Shown one piece after another: positions 39,001 to 48,619 of a stretch of DNA of 64,000 nt. Position numbers and translations under genes: made by a program. The first letter of the stretch is position 1. Each line of letters starts with the position of its first letter. The notes beneath the pieces are model-generated. The model did not search any database. It was given only the letters and a program-made list of their open reading frames with translations, and was not told the origin of the DNA. Source of the DNA: Thermoplasmata archaeon (GTDB lineage Archaea; Thermoplasmatota; Thermoplasmata; UBA10834); contig DATKWQ010000022.1 in assembly GCA_035529455.1 (NCBI GenBank), forward strand, positions 7,418-71,417, in the 5' to 3' direction.

Positions 39001-40565
39001 GCGTCTATGTCGGCACCGCAGAGAGATGCGTCGCTGAAGGCATCGAGGCGTTCAACGACAAGAGATACCATGAGGCCCTCAAGCTCGCCATGAAATGCGA
39101 GACCGAGATGGAGCGGGCGGAGCTGCAGAGGGAAATAAGCAGCAAGGCGGTGGAGAACGTCCGCAAGAAGATATCCGACGCGAAGCTGGACGGCATCACT
39201 GCAGAAGTCGCCTTCGGACTGGTTGACAAGGCGGAGCAGCTGTTGGCGAAGGGCAGATACACGGACGCGCTTGCTGCTGCCATAGAGAGCGGCGACGCGC
39301 TTCACGAGATAAGGGAGCACCTCGACAGCGCTCGCATCGAGTTCAGCGCAGTCAGGGAGCAGATCGAGAGGCTGAAGAAGGTCAACATCGACACATCCGA
39401 GTGTGACGATATCCTCGGCGAGGCCCAGCGCCACCTGACATCTCTTGAATTCGAGAAATTCATGGACGCGCTCGTAAGATGCTCGACGACGGTGAGCGGG
39501 CTGTTCGAGAGCTCCATCAGCGACCTCATGGAGGAGTCGAAGACCAAGATGAATCTGGCGAAATCTCTGGGGATTAACACGAAGGCGTGTGAGGACCTGC
39601 TCGAAGTGGCTGGCACCTCACTGTCAGAGAGACTGTGGGACTTCGCCTACAAGCAGGCAAGGGAATGCGGGTCCAAGTGCACTGAGCTCGTAGACAAGAA
39701 GCTAAATGGCCTCATCCAGGACGCAACCGTAAGACTGGAGATTCTCGGCCACATAGGCGCGGCTGTGAAGACTATACAGGAGAGCATGGGCGAGGCGAAA
39801 GCTGTGAGCGCTTCAGGCGACCACGTCAAAGCCTTCGACATCCTCATGGACATCGACCAGAAGATCGCAGTCATCGAGGACTCCAACAGGAAATACCTCG
39901 ACATATCCATAGCCGCTGAGAGTGCGATAGAGAATCTGAGACGTCTTGGAGGACAGGTCAGAGAGGTAGAGCGTCTTGTAGCTCTCGCCGACCTCGAGAA
40001 GGAGAAGGATTACGATTCTGCGATAGAACTGGTTGCTGAGGCGCTCGACACCGCCCAGACGGAGCTGGAGTCATATGCGCCCGAGATCACCGGCTGGATC
40101 GAGACGGAGGGGCTGTACCACGACCAGGAGGGGGAGGTCACACTCGTTCTGAGGAACTCGGGCAAAGCTGAGGCAAGGGCAGTCACGGTAGACCTATCGG
40201 GCGAGTTCGAGGTCTTGTCCATTCAGGAGCTCCAGTCCATCGGTCCTGGCGCTGAGGGGCGCTTGACAGCGAAGATAGTCCCGAAAGCCGACGGGGAGCT
40301 CAAGATGAGCGCCAACATCAAGGTCAAACGGCCGTTCGATGCCATAGCAGATTCCTTTGACATTGACAGCAAGATGAAGGTCTATCCCTCTGGGGAACCC
40401 TTCAAGATCACGCGTGCGACGGGCGTGGCGATGTGCAGAATATGTCAGGGGAAGATCAAGGATGGGTTCGATGTCGTCTCCTGCAGATGCGGCAGTGAAC
40501 ATCACCTCGCCTGCGCGAAGAGGGCTATTGAATGCCCTGTCTGTTCTCAGAAGTACACGTTCTAA
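36051..40565 (+). CDS. Giant cytoplasmic alpha-helical repeat protein (about 20 x 63-aa degenerate repeats) with C-terminal beta domain (CARDB-like) and terminal zinc ribbon
   Basis: 1504 aa, TTG start, no signal peptide or TM. Each repeat has a [KR]xDYxxAxxL core and ends G-x-[DN]-[VIT] (KDMGEDVS, QDIGADME, KVGVDMS, GLNIDIQ, SIDVDTK, ALEMDVS, SHGIDVE, NVSMDTV, MLNMDIG, KVNIDTS, SLGINTK...). C-term EVTLVLRNSGKAEARAVTVDLSGEF... then CRICQGK..CRCGSEHHLACAKRAIECPVCSQ. Confidence 0.7.
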   Translation: MSGNYLKSLQLAKQLEQRAKEATQNKKLAEEERDAIQKFIDLCEESDVDLGDVDKLLSEFSASINAKDYQSAVGHARKAMESARTAYIRKVADVGDSVDALLKLIKGPEAESKGALEMLDKSKNLVMKDDLQGAMKQARSAYDAAERTFHEYFSLRFSQAQEIINQAKDMGEDVSLFEDLLNRSKSALEKQDYEGGISQLTEALEGAGENLKGQIEEAISKADDLSRAGQDIGADMERVTGHMERAKAALEGLRYRDALSYSKRAESDAEKAISNRLTDQIRDIRSGIKSMKTVDEDSKETRDLLDNAQEAIREKDYTAAISSFKDANKKIRDVHFQAVLSVIAKAKDKFVLAKKVGVDMSKAIELLNKSRASLRKDEFENAIKLAEESEDAVETALQLFYRARDELVELTKVIKLMKGLNIDIQEVKLRLDEAKKSFEKKDYESSSKALSEGISAGRNKIHEVVVSKTDMADGAIKLGKSIGAEVAEAEMAFQKAAESMTGEDLAKSIKLAEESLDAANNAISSALNARLRSLEEFIDGFEKKDDSMDGVREQIAAARKHIEAGEFEETNEIVSSVTRSLENVGKEECERLMATVNEKVDIARSIDVDTKAIEELLSEVDGLLESKAYDDAMVKIKGAIEKVDEASFRILQAEFSSIKGTIEEAKALEMDVSDIKDRLTEARIKAESHNYKESHDLTVVIKAAISDRVSMHDAIKERIRRAEGLIQEAAQSKADVSGLGEELKKAIGVFEEGRLDEAGSELDALIDETEKRLAMYLAAKLILASKESIELSVSHGIDVEEAQNLLSKAKEEMKDKSYDVALELSKMSSEMSAAALAKGVDELIKDVRRIVAEAKNVSMDTVGPDKLVEKAVELSKEGDYAGALRCVDSAKEDVDHVRNLNAQATAEIRSARTSLKEAEMLNMDIGQSREMLEQAVEALTRHQYAIAIELAKKSSETSMEITKTSVWKTLEEFKDKIDKASEEGVYVGTAERCVAEGIEAFNDKRYHEALKLAMKCETEMERAELQREISSKAVENVRKKISDAKLDGITAEVAFGLVDKAEQLLAKGRYTDALAAAIESGDALHEIREHLDSARIEFSAVREQIERLKKVNIDTSECDDILGEAQRHLTSLEFEKFMDALVRCSTTVSGLFESSISDLMEESKTKMNLAKSLGINTKACEDLLEVAGTSLSERLWDFAYKQARECGSKCTELVDKKLNGLIQDATVRLEILGHIGAAVKTIQESMGEAKAVSASGDHVKAFDILMDIDQKIAVIEDSNRKYLDISIAAESAIENLRRLGGQVREVERLVALADLEKEKDYDSAIELVAEALDTAQTELESYAPEITGWIETEGLYHDQEGEVTLVLRNSGKAEARAVTVDLSGEFEVLSIQELQSIGPGAEGRLTAKIVPKADGELKMSANIKVKRPFDAIADSFDIDSKMKVYPSGEPFKITRATGVAMCRICQGKIKDGFDVVSCRCGSEHHLACAKRAIECPVCSQKYTF

Positions 40566-41905
40566 CCTGATCCGCCGATCCTCGCACTGGATATCCTCAT
40601 AGCAGGCGTCTCGACTCCGAAGGCGTTCCTTGGGCATGAACCCATGAGGTCTATCTTCGAGAACATGTCCAGAAGGCCTATCCCCATTGTGGACTGGCGG
40701 ATTGCAGGGCCGACCTCACCATTCTCAATCGCGTAGCCCTCCATAATTAGGCACGAGAACTCGCCCGTCGCGAGGTTCGGCGAGTCGAACGTGACTCTCA
40801 GATAAACGCCTCTGCCGCAATCCTCGACCATCTCGTCCAACGAGACGTCACCTTTCCGAACCACAAGATTGGCAGATGATATGCCAGGCGGGTGTCTGTA
40901 GCTCCAGATGGCTCCGCCCCTTGAGGAATTCCCAGTGCTCTCGACTGAATCTTTTCCAGCAGTGTAGGAATCGTGGAGATACGTCCTCAGCTTCCCGTCT
41001 TCTATGACCGCCTTCCTCATCGGCGCCACGCCCTCTCCATCGAATGACGTGCTGCCGATTGCCCACTCCAATGTGGGGTCATCATAGATGGACAACACCT
41101 CCGAACCGACAGTGGAGCCCAGTCTCCCTGCGAGATAGCTCCTACGGCGTTGGACGCTCTCGGCGTTCGCTCCGCTTCCGACCGCCGCAGAGAGTATGTA
41201 CCCCGCAGCCAAAGGATCGAGGATGACAGGATAGTCTCCGGTCTGCATCTTCTTGTGCGTCAGCCCCTTTAGGGCGTGTTCTCTCGCGCTCGAGCCGACC
41301 TTCAGGGGAGCGTCAGGGTCCAGCTTCCTACTGGAGGCGTAGTCCATCCCAGAGAACATTACGCCGCCCGAACGCGCGACCGCCTCGGCGAAGACATCGA
41401 ACGACGTCATCCTCTGCGAGGCGACAAGCCCGTTGCTGTTAGCCAGCGCGACCTCGCCCGTTGAGACTGTCAGGCCGGCGTTCACAGAACTCATCCGCTC
41501 GTCGGCGGAGGCCTCGTCGACCAAAGACAGCAGGAGGTCCACAGCCTCCTCAGGTCTGAGAGCGGCCACCTTCGGGTCGTAAAGGCCGTCGACCACGACG
41601 GGTGTTGAAGGCGATGGCAACGCCTTGAAATCCGCGTCTGGGGTGCCGGCTCTCGCCATCGACACCGCCAGTTCGGCGGCTTCATTGACCTCCGCAGCAC
41701 CTTGGTTTGTGCAGTATGCGAACCCTGAGCTGCCGTTCTCGAAGACGCGTATGGCGATCCCGGGGTCCGCCATGTAACTCGCCTGCTTGACAGACCCCTT
41801 CTCGACCTCCGCAGTTGCTAATCGAGCATCAGCGACAAGGACATCGCACACCTTTCCTCCGAGCCGACCAACGAGCTCGACGACCTCTTCTGCAAGTTCA
41901 GACAT
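40562..41905 (-). CDS. pmbA: PmbA/TldE-like protein (peptidase U62 family, partner of TldD)
   Basis: 447 aa from ATG 41905 (MSELAEEVVELVGRLGG...). The ORF-track N-terminal 82-aa Arg-rich extension is rejected. Stop codon overlaps the stop of the convergent 36051-40565 gene by 4 nt. Confidence 0.75.
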   Translation of the reverse strand: MSELAEEVVELVGRLGGKVCDVLVADARLATAEVEKGSVKQASYMADPGIAIRVFENGSSGFAYCTNQGAAEVNEAAELAVSMARAGTPDADFKALPSPSTPVVVDGLYDPKVAALRPEEAVDLLLSLVDEASADERMSSVNAGLTVSTGEVALANSNGLVASQRMTSFDVFAEAVARSGGVMFSGMDYASSRKLDPDAPLKVGSSAREHALKGLTHKKMQTGDYPVILDPLAAGYILSAAVGSGANAESVQRRRSYLAGRLGSTVGSEVLSIYDDPTLEWAIGSTSFDGEGVAPMRKAVIEDGKLRTYLHDSYTAGKDSVESTGNSSRGGAIWSYRHPPGISSANLVVRKGDVSLDEMVEDCGRGVYLRVTFDSPNLATGEFSCLIMEGYAIENGEVGPAIRQSTMGIGLLDMFSKIDLMGSCPRNAFGVETPAMRISSARIGGSG

Positions 41906-41925
41906 CTCGGTCAAATGAATCACTC

Positions 41926-43320
41926 CTATGCAAGTCCTCCGACCACGACATTCTCCACTCTGATGTGAGGTCCGCCATCGGTCGTTCTGGCGTCCTGTCC
42001 TGATTTGCCGCAATACCCAGGGTCGACGAGTTCGAAGTCGTCGGCTATCCCTGTTACATCCTTCAGAACCTCCTGTATCAGCCCCGTGAGGATTGCGTCG
42101 CGATAACGTTGTCCAACAACGCCGTTCTTGATGTGATAGGCCTCGTCGCATTTGAACATGAACTGGCCCTTCGCGGGTTCGACATATCCGTACTGGCCGC
42201 CTTTGATCAGGAGACCTTCCTTCAGATCGCCTATGAGTTCGTCCTTCTTCATATCGCCCGGACCAATGTATGTATTGCTCATCCGCACGATGGGCGGGCT
42301 GGCGTACGAATCGGACCTTGCCGCGCCGTTCGGGGTCGTCCCCATCCTGCTGCTCGTTTCGAGATTGTGCAGGAACTCATTCAGCACTCCATCCTGTATG
42401 AGCACGTGCTTCTTCGACTCGACGCCCTCCCAGTCGTTGGGAAAGTATCCGAATGTATCTGTGACCGTCGGGTCGTCGACCAGAGTGACCGTCTCATGCG
42501 CAACTTCCTTTCCCTCCATACCCTCTAGGACAGACGCTCCAGCGAGGATCGCGTCCGCCTCGCAGGCGTGACCGAAAGCCTCGTGCGCAAGCAGACCGGT
42601 CATCTTGTTGTCGAGCACACATGTGAACTTGCCGGCCGGGACGGGTTTGGAATCGAGCAACCTGATCGCCTGCTCCGCAGCCTCCTTCCCACAATTGGCG
42701 GCAGCATCTGTGCCCATGAGCTCGAACCCGCCCACGTTTCCCACAGCCCCATGACCTCTCTGGACGATTCCGTCGGATTTCCCCCAGGCAGCGCAAGAAG
42801 CCAGGGTCCAAGTCTCTCGGGTCTTCACAAGCGTTCCGAATGAGTTCGCGATGATCCTGTCTCCCTCGAGGTCATCATATCTCGCACTCCTGCTGATTAT
42901 GCGCTCGTCGTGGCTACTCATCGACTTGTCAAGCCCGAGGACGAAAGAGAGTTTGTCAGCAACGGCGACAGTCGACGGGGCGGTTCTGCAGCTGTACCTG
43001 ACATTCTTGCGAATCGAAGGTGTCGACTCGATCTTGAAGTCCAGCTTCGCCTTCTCCTTGCACACTTTGGCCAAGCGAACCGATACTTCGGCCGCCTTCA
43101 TGAGCTCAGATGTATCAAAGCCGTTGCATACTGCGAATCCCCATCCGCCGCTCACAAAGGACCGTATCCCACAGCCCTTTTCTATGTGAGCAGTGACTGT
43201 CTTCGTCTTTCCATCCATGACGAGTATGTTAACACCTGAGACAGACTCAATCCTCAGGTCGGCGAATTCCGCTCCAAGGCTCAATGCGCGTTCAATCACA
43301 GCTTCTGCGATATCCTCCAA
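41926..43320 (-). CDS. tldD: TldD metalloprotease (peptidase U62)
   Basis: HExxxH as LLAHEAFGHACEAD; GxC motif region; 464 aa; immediately upstream of the pmbA-like gene (20-nt gap). Confidence 0.8.
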   Translation of the reverse strand: MEDIAEAVIERALSLGAEFADLRIESVSGVNILVMDGKTKTVTAHIEKGCGIRSFVSGGWGFAVCNGFDTSELMKAAEVSVRLAKVCKEKAKLDFKIESTPSIRKNVRYSCRTAPSTVAVADKLSFVLGLDKSMSSHDERIISRSARYDDLEGDRIIANSFGTLVKTRETWTLASCAAWGKSDGIVQRGHGAVGNVGGFELMGTDAAANCGKEAAEQAIRLLDSKPVPAGKFTCVLDNKMTGLLAHEAFGHACEADAILAGASVLEGMEGKEVAHETVTLVDDPTVTDTFGYFPNDWEGVESKKHVLIQDGVLNEFLHNLETSSRMGTTPNGAARSDSYASPPIVRMSNTYIGPGDMKKDELIGDLKEGLLIKGGQYGYVEPAKGQFMFKCDEAYHIKNGVVGQRYRDAILTGLIQEVLKDVTGIADDFELVDPGYCGKSGQDARTTDGGPHIRVENVVVGGLA

Positions 43321-43384
43321 CTACAATCCCCCTTACTTGCCTCTCATCCTATAGGTCATCTTGACGATCATCCCTGTCACGGAG

Positions 43385-44938
43385 TCAGGCCCTGCGAAAC
43401 TCACAAGCGCCTTCCGCGGCGTCGACGAACACGCCTTCGGATATCATCTTCGCGACTGTCTCGATATCCCCTGACATCGATCGGTCCTCCTCAAGCATCG
43501 GGACGGCTGTTCGCAGCCTGCTTCTAACCGCCTCGATGGAGGGGGTCGAGTGCAATGCTATGTAGTCCAATCCTTGGGCTGCGGCGATCATCTCGATCGA
43601 TAGCAGGCGGGTGACATTCTCGACTATCTTCCGCGCCTTCCACGCAGCCGTCATCCCCATGCTGTTGTGGTCCTCCTGGCCAGCGCTCGTCGGAATTGAG
43701 TCAGCCGACGCTGGATGGACCAGCACCTTGTTCTCCGACACGATGGATGCCGCGACGTACTGGGGCACCATCATTCCGGAATTCAGACCTCCGTGTCGTG
43801 TGAGGAAAGGCGGGAGGCCGCTCAGTTTGTGGTCGGACAATCGGAACGTCCTGCGCTCCGAGAAAGCGCCGAGCTCGTGCACTGCTAGACCGAGGTAATC
43901 CATCGCCAGGGCGATGGGCTGCCCGTGGAAGTTGCCACCAGATAAGACCCTGCCATCCTCCGGAAAGAACAGCGGGTTGTCGGTGGCCGAATTGATCTCT
44001 ACACTGAGCACTCCCATGGTGTACCACACCGCGTCGAGGGTAGCGCCCATCACCTGAGGGATACATCTGAGAGTGTATGCATCCTGGACTTTCGAACAGT
44101 GCCTGTGCGACAGCATGATGGGGCTGCCGCTCAGCAGCGAGGTCATGTTCTTGGCGACAGCGGCCTGACCTCTATGGGCCCTTGTTCTTGATATCGCCTC
44201 ATCGAACGCTGCCGATGTGCCCTTGAGCGCCTCGAGCGACATGGCCGCGGCGATTTGCGCGTTGTCTATCAGGTTCGCAGAGTCCTCCGCTGCCAGACAG
44301 CCCACGGCCGTCATGGCCTGCGTGCCGTTTATGAGCGATATCGCCTCCTTGGGCTCGAGGACTATCGGATCGAGCTTCGCGTCTCCGAGCGCCTGCGCCC
44401 CGGGCAAAGGACCGCACTCGTTATCCACCTGACCCTCGCCTATCATGACGAGTGCAAGATGGGCCAACAGCGCCAGGTCTCCGCTTGCGCCCACCGAACC
44501 CTGACGGGGGACAATTGGGTGTATCTGCATGTTGAGCATCGATGTCAGCATCTCCACGACATCGGGGCGGACTGCGGAGTAACCCTTTGACAGAGCGTTC
44601 GCCCTTAGGAGCATCATCGCCCTGACGACCTCTGCGGGAAGAGAGTCGCCAACCGCGCATGCGTGGCTCCTTAGGAGGTTCACCTGGAGACGCCGCAGGT
44701 CACTGTCAGGGATCTTCACATCCGCTAGGTCTCCCACACCGGTGTTCACCGCGTAGACAGTCGTCCCTTCGGAGAGGAGTTTCTCCAGCGAGTCACGAGC
44801 ACAGGACATCCGCTTCCTCACCTCGTCGGGCAATTCCACGATGGCATTGTGGCGTGCCACCTGAACGACCTTGTCCACGGATAGCGTCGCCCCGTCGATT
44901 CTCACGGGGCCCGAAGTCTCCAATTTAGTATCAGTCAT
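43385..44938 (-). CDS. hutH: Histidine ammonia-lyase (histidase)
   Basis: MIO-forming GSVGASGDLALLAHL motif, roughly 517 aa from ATG 44938. hutU and hutI are not in this window. Confidence 0.85.
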   Translation of the reverse strand: MTDTKLETSGPVRIDGATLSVDKVVQVARHNAIVELPDEVRKRMSCARDSLEKLLSEGTTVYAVNTGVGDLADVKIPDSDLRRLQVNLLRSHACAVGDSLPAEVVRAMMLLRANALSKGYSAVRPDVVEMLTSMLNMQIHPIVPRQGSVGASGDLALLAHLALVMIGEGQVDNECGPLPGAQALGDAKLDPIVLEPKEAISLINGTQAMTAVGCLAAEDSANLIDNAQIAAAMSLEALKGTSAAFDEAISRTRAHRGQAAVAKNMTSLLSGSPIMLSHRHCSKVQDAYTLRCIPQVMGATLDAVWYTMGVLSVEINSATDNPLFFPEDGRVLSGGNFHGQPIALAMDYLGLAVHELGAFSERRTFRLSDHKLSGLPPFLTRHGGLNSGMMVPQYVAASIVSENKVLVHPASADSIPTSAGQEDHNSMGMTAAWKARKIVENVTRLLSIEMIAAAQGLDYIALHSTPSIEAVRSRLRTAVPMLEEDRSMSGDIETVAKMISEGVFVDAAEGACEFRRA

Positions 44939-44994
44939 CGGCAACCCGACCTGCCACGTCCTCTGGGCATGAATCCCATTGCTCATACCTGAAG

Positions 44995-45429
44995 TTATTC
45001 ATCCTGGGGAGCCACTTTCGTCCCCTCACAGATAGGTATGAACTTGTACCCGTAGTGTATCACTCCAGCAGAGCCCTCTTCACTGAGCTTTCTGAGAGTG
45101 GTCCGGACTTTCGTACCGATGGAGAGATCACGGGCGTCGCAGTCGATTACCTGACCGGTGATCTTTGTGCCTTCATCGAGCTCCACCATCGCAACGATAT
45201 ATGGTTTCTGCATGTTCTGCTCGTCCATGCCCTCGTGAACCTCCGTGAATGAGAATATGGTCCCGGTGCCCTTCAGCTTCACCGGCTCCATCTTACCGAC
45301 GCTCTTCCTGCGACAGACAGGGCATATGATCCTCGGCGGGAAATTGTACCTGCCACAGCTGTTGCACTTGAAACCGAACAGGTTGTATCTGCTCGGATTC
45401 TCCCTCCAGAATCTCGGTGCGGTTGCCAT
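44995..45429 (-). CDS. DUF35 Zn-ribbon/OB-fold protein (thiolase/HMGCS-associated scaffold)
   Basis: CNSCGRYNFPPRIICPVCRRKS zinc ribbon plus OB-fold GTGTIFSFTEVH...IVAMVELDEG; ATG at 45429. Confidence 0.75.
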   Translation of the reverse strand: MATAPRFWRENPSRYNLFGFKCNSCGRYNFPPRIICPVCRRKSVGKMEPVKLKGTGTIFSFTEVHEGMDEQNMQKPYIVAMVELDEGTKITGQVIDCDARDLSIGTKVRTTLRKLSEEGSAGVIHYGYKFIPICEGTKVAPQDE

Positions 45430-45430
45430 C

Positions 45431-46603
45431 TCATGCCCTCCTGAATATGTGGACGACGACAGTGGCTCCCGTGCCACCGACGTTCTGCGCAAGGCCGACG
45501 GCCGCATCCTTCACCTGGCGCTTGTCCGCCTTGCCTCTGAGCTGAGTCACGATCTCTACCGCCTGAGCGACGCCAGTCGCTCCGATCGGGTCGCCCCTGG
45601 CTTTCAATCCGCCTGAGGTGTTCACGGCCACGTCGCCTCCCAAAGAGGTCCTGCCTTCCTCAGTTGCCTTGCCACCTTCCCCTTTGGGGAAGAAGCCCAT
45701 ATCCTCAACTGCAAGTATCTCACTTATCGTGAAATTGTCATGGACCTCAACAACTTGGACGTCCTTCTGGGACAGCCCCGCCATCTTGAAGGCCCTCTCA
45801 GCTGCGACCTTCGTCGCTGCCATGGTGCATATGTCCTTCCTGTGGTGCAGCGCGAGTGAGTCGCTCGCCTGTCCAGAGCCAGTTATCTCGACGGGGGTCT
45901 CAGCGTACTTCTTCGCCGCATCAAGAGGACAGAGAACGACCGCTGCTGCGCCGTCGGAGCTCGGAGCACAATCAAACATTCTCAAAGGCGATGCCACGAT
46001 CGGCGACCTGAGCACGACATCGCGGGTGATCTCCCTCCTGAACTGAGCCTTCGGGTTCAGAGAACCGTGCCTGTGGTTCTTGACCGCCACATCCGCCAGC
46101 TGCTCTCTGGTTGTGCCATAATCATGCATGTGTCTTGTGGCGATTAGAGCATGCAAGCTAGCGAAGGTAGCGCCGAGCTCGGTCTCCCACTCCTGGTCGG
46201 CAGCCGACGACTGAATCATCGAAGACTCCATGTCGCTGACGTCCGTCATCTTCTCGGCCCCTCCCACGACGACGATGTCGTGCAGACCAGAGGCGACGGC
46301 AAGGAACCCCTGTCTCAGAGCAAGGCCGCCAGAGGCGCCTGCAGCCTCCACTCTGGTGGCGGGTATGTGATCCCTCGCAAGGCCCGAGTAGTCGGCTATG
46401 AGCGCGGCCACATGTTCCTGTCTTATGAACCGGCCCGCGGACATGTTGCCCACGTACATCGCATCTATCTGGTCGGCGGATATCTTAGCGTCCTCGACTG
46501 CCGCCAACCCTGCTCCAATGCCAAGTTTCCTGAAGGATGCGTCCCACAGCTCCCCGAACTCGGTTATGCCTATACCAATGACTGCGACTCGCCTCATCTT
46601 CAA
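45431..46603 (-). CDS. Acetyl-CoA acetyltransferase (archaeal thiolase)
   Basis: [15 protein letters not shown]; active-site Cys region [10 protein letters not shown].../GGAEKMTD; C-terminal [10 protein letters not shown]; roughly 390 aa. Confidence 0.85.
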   Translation of the reverse strand: MKMRRVAVIGIGITEFGELWDASFRKLGIGAGLAAVEDAKISADQIDAMYVGNMSAGRFIRQEHVAALIADYSGLARDHIPATRVEAAGASGGLALRQGFLAVASGLHDIVVVGGAEKMTDVSDMESSMIQSSAADQEWETELGATFASLHALIATRHMHDYGTTREQLADVAVKNHRHGSLNPKAQFRREITRDVVLRSPIVASPLRMFDCAPSSDGAAAVVLCPLDAAKKYAETPVEITGSGQASDSLALHHRKDICTMAATKVAAERAFKMAGLSQKDVQVVEVHDNFTISEILAVEDMGFFPKGEGGKATEEGRTSLGGDVAVNTSGGLKARGDPIGATGVAQAVEIVTQLRGKADKRQVKDAAVGLAQNVGGTGATVVVHIFRRA

Positions 46604-47676
46604 TCACGCCCCTTCACGATCTTGCCCTTGTACTTCGCATAAGTGGCGTAGTCCAGGAATCTTGGGTTAGCCAGCAATTCCCCCATCTTCGGCGCCATAT
46701 CCTTCTTGTATCGTGCCATCTCGTCAGTGACTGATATATCGAACGCGTCTGATCCTGCGCCCGAACCGTAGGCGACGGCGAAGATCCTATCGCCAGGTTT
46801 GGCAACGTCGAGTATCCCTGCGAGTCCCAGCGGGACGGCTCCAGAATATGTGTTCCCGATCGTGGGGACCAGCAAACCCGTACGTATCTGCTCCTCAGTG
46901 AATCCAAGCTGCTTAGCCACGCGCGTCGGGAACTTGCCGTTTGGCTGGTGGAAGACCGCATATGTGTAGTCTTTCGAAGTTGTACCAGCCCGTTCGAACA
47001 TTCCTTTCGCTCCACTGACAACGTGCTTGAAGTAGGCGGGTTCGCCCGTGAACCGCCCTCCATGGCGAGGGAACATCTGTCCCTCTCGTCTCCAGAAGTC
47101 CGGCGTGTCCGTCGTATAAGAATAAGTGCGGTTCACCGTGGCGATGACCTTCTCCTTCCCGATGAGGAATGCCGCCCCACCAGCAGAGGCCGAGTATTCT
47201 AACGCGTCGCCTGGCGCGCCCTGCGATGTGTCCGCGCCGATGGCCACTGCGTACTTGACCATGCCCGAGCCCACGAGGCCGAGACACGCCTGCATCGCCG
47301 CTGTACCGGCCTTGCATGCGAACTCGAAATCGGCGACTGTCAGGTCCGGAGCCGCCTCGATCGCCTCGGCGACGATGGTCCCGCTGGGCTTCACTGCGTA
47401 AGGATGCGATTCAGAGCCTACGTACAGCGCGCCAATGTCTTTGGGATCGACATCGCATCGCCTCATCATGTTCCTCGCGGCCTCGACCGCGATGGTGATC
47501 GTGTCCTCGTCCGGTGCGGGCACTGACTTGCTCGTTATCATGAGGCCCTTTCCCATCGCCTTTCCGTCCACGCCCCAGACCTTGCCTATCTCTTCCGGCG
47601 TTATCCTGAAATGCGGCACATAAGCGCCATAGCTGACTATCCCAACCCCGTCCATCACAATCATCTCTCCGTACAA
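46600..47676 (-). CDS. Hydroxymethylglutaryl-CoA synthase (archaeal type)
   Basis: [20 protein letters not shown]; catalytic Cys context [11 protein letters not shown]; 4-nt overlap with the thiolase gene. The start may be an internal Met ([10 protein letters not shown]). Confidence 0.85.
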   Translation of the reverse strand: MYGEMIVMDGVGIVSYGAYVPHFRITPEEIGKVWGVDGKAMGKGLMITSKSVPAPDEDTITIAVEAARNMMRRCDVDPKDIGALYVGSESHPYAVKPSGTIVAEAIEAAPDLTVADFEFACKAGTAAMQACLGLVGSGMVKYAVAIGADTSQGAPGDALEYSASAGGAAFLIGKEKVIATVNRTYSYTTDTPDFWRREGQMFPRHGGRFTGEPAYFKHVVSGAKGMFERAGTTSKDYTYAVFHQPNGKFPTRVAKQLGFTEEQIRTGLLVPTIGNTYSGAVPLGLAGILDVAKPGDRIFAVAYGSGAGSDAFDISVTDEMARYKKDMAPKMGELLANPRFLDYATYAKYKGKIVKGRD

Positions 47677-48360
47677 TCACCCGAGCGCCTGCAACTTATC
47701 CACAAGGTCGCCTATCGCAAGCGAAGTCCGTATGAGCGGAATACCTTCCAGCTCGGCCAGCCTTATCGCCAGCTCGTCCACATGCTCCGGCTTCTGGTAC
47801 ACGACAAGGGCGGGTTTAAGCGGATGCGCCCTTATCGCTATCATGGGAGACCGCCCGAAGCGGACGCCCGTGAATATCAACGCTCTCTGGCTGCTCCAGC
47901 CGTATATCTTGAGGTAATCGAACGAGCTGAGGGTGGTTATCGCCCTCACACTGTCGATCACGGTGTATCCGTGGATGTGCTTGTCGAGTGGTATCGCGGG
48001 CGTGAGATTGTCTCCTTTGATGCTCTGAATGAGTTCTGGAGCGAGTATCTCCGCGGAGAACTCCTTGATGGATATGATCGAGTCTGTTTTGCCTGCGAGA
48101 GAGTACTGCTTGAGCACATTCGCCCCGGTCTTCTCATCGATCTCAAGGAACGCGTCGACGATCTTCCTTATCGTCGCGATGCCGGGGGATTTTCGCCTCC
48201 CGGCCTCGTAATCGCTTATGACGGAAGGAGACACGCCGAGGTGCTTGGAAAGGTCCTGCTGAGAGATGACGAACTGCTCTCGCCATTTCCTTATCGTACG
48301 GCCTGGCTCCTCCGAAAGGCAGATCTCGCCAGCGATCTTCTCCCTGACCTGATCTCGCAT
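47677..48360 (-). CDS. XRE-family HTH transcriptional regulator with uncharacterized C-terminal domain, first gene of the HMGCS-thiolase-DUF35 operon
   Basis: HTH ISQQDLSKHLGVSPSVISDYEAGRRKSP; about 130-aa C-terminal domain; stop abuts the HMGCS start. A palindromic ctataaatag TATA-like element lies at 48381-48392 upstream. Confidence 0.65.
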   Translation of the reverse strand: MRDQVREKIAGEICLSEEPGRTIRKWREQFVISQQDLSKHLGVSPSVISDYEAGRRKSPGIATIRKIVDAFLEIDEKTGANVLKQYSLAGKTDSIISIKEFSAEILAPELIQSIKGDNLTPAIPLDKHIHGYTVIDSVRAITTLSSFDYLKIYGWSSQRALIFTGVRFGRSPMIAIRAHPLKPALVVYQKPEHVDELAIRLAELEGIPLIRTSLAIGDLVDKLQALG

Positions 48361-48574
48361 GATTTGCGGAGCAATTTGCGGCTATAAATAGTTGCCGTAC
48401 CACTCCACCGGCAATAGCCGTAATGCACTGATCCTCACATCATCTGGCCTTGCCAAGATATGGAGTGCGCACATTCATCGAGTCCGAGTACAACGCGGAC
48501 GTTGGTTCGCCGGATTCTGGCGGTGGTTGGGCGCATTCCACAACGACCGTTTGATGACACGGACCTGCACTATG

Positions 48575-48584
48575 CATATATAAG
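48575..48584 (+). promoter_or_regulatory. TATA box (atatataag) roughly 40 nt upstream of tRNA-Pro
   Basis: AT-rich TATA consensus in otherwise GC-rich DNA, correctly spaced for the tRNA. Confidence 0.35.
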
Positions 48585-48619
48585 ACACCTTTTCTATCCC
48601 TGTTCGCCCGACCCAGTCT

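Noticed and set aside
40562-40565. 4-nt overlap of convergent stop codons (tCTAa) between the giant repeat protein gene and the pmbA-like gene
   Set aside because: Real but trivial; reflects tight packing rather than a functional element.
41906-42151. 82-codon N-terminal extension of the pmbA-like ORF
   Set aside because: Arg-rich, overlaps the tldD 3' end. ATG at 41905 with a GGAGTGA SD-like sequence gives a normal 447-aa PmbA.
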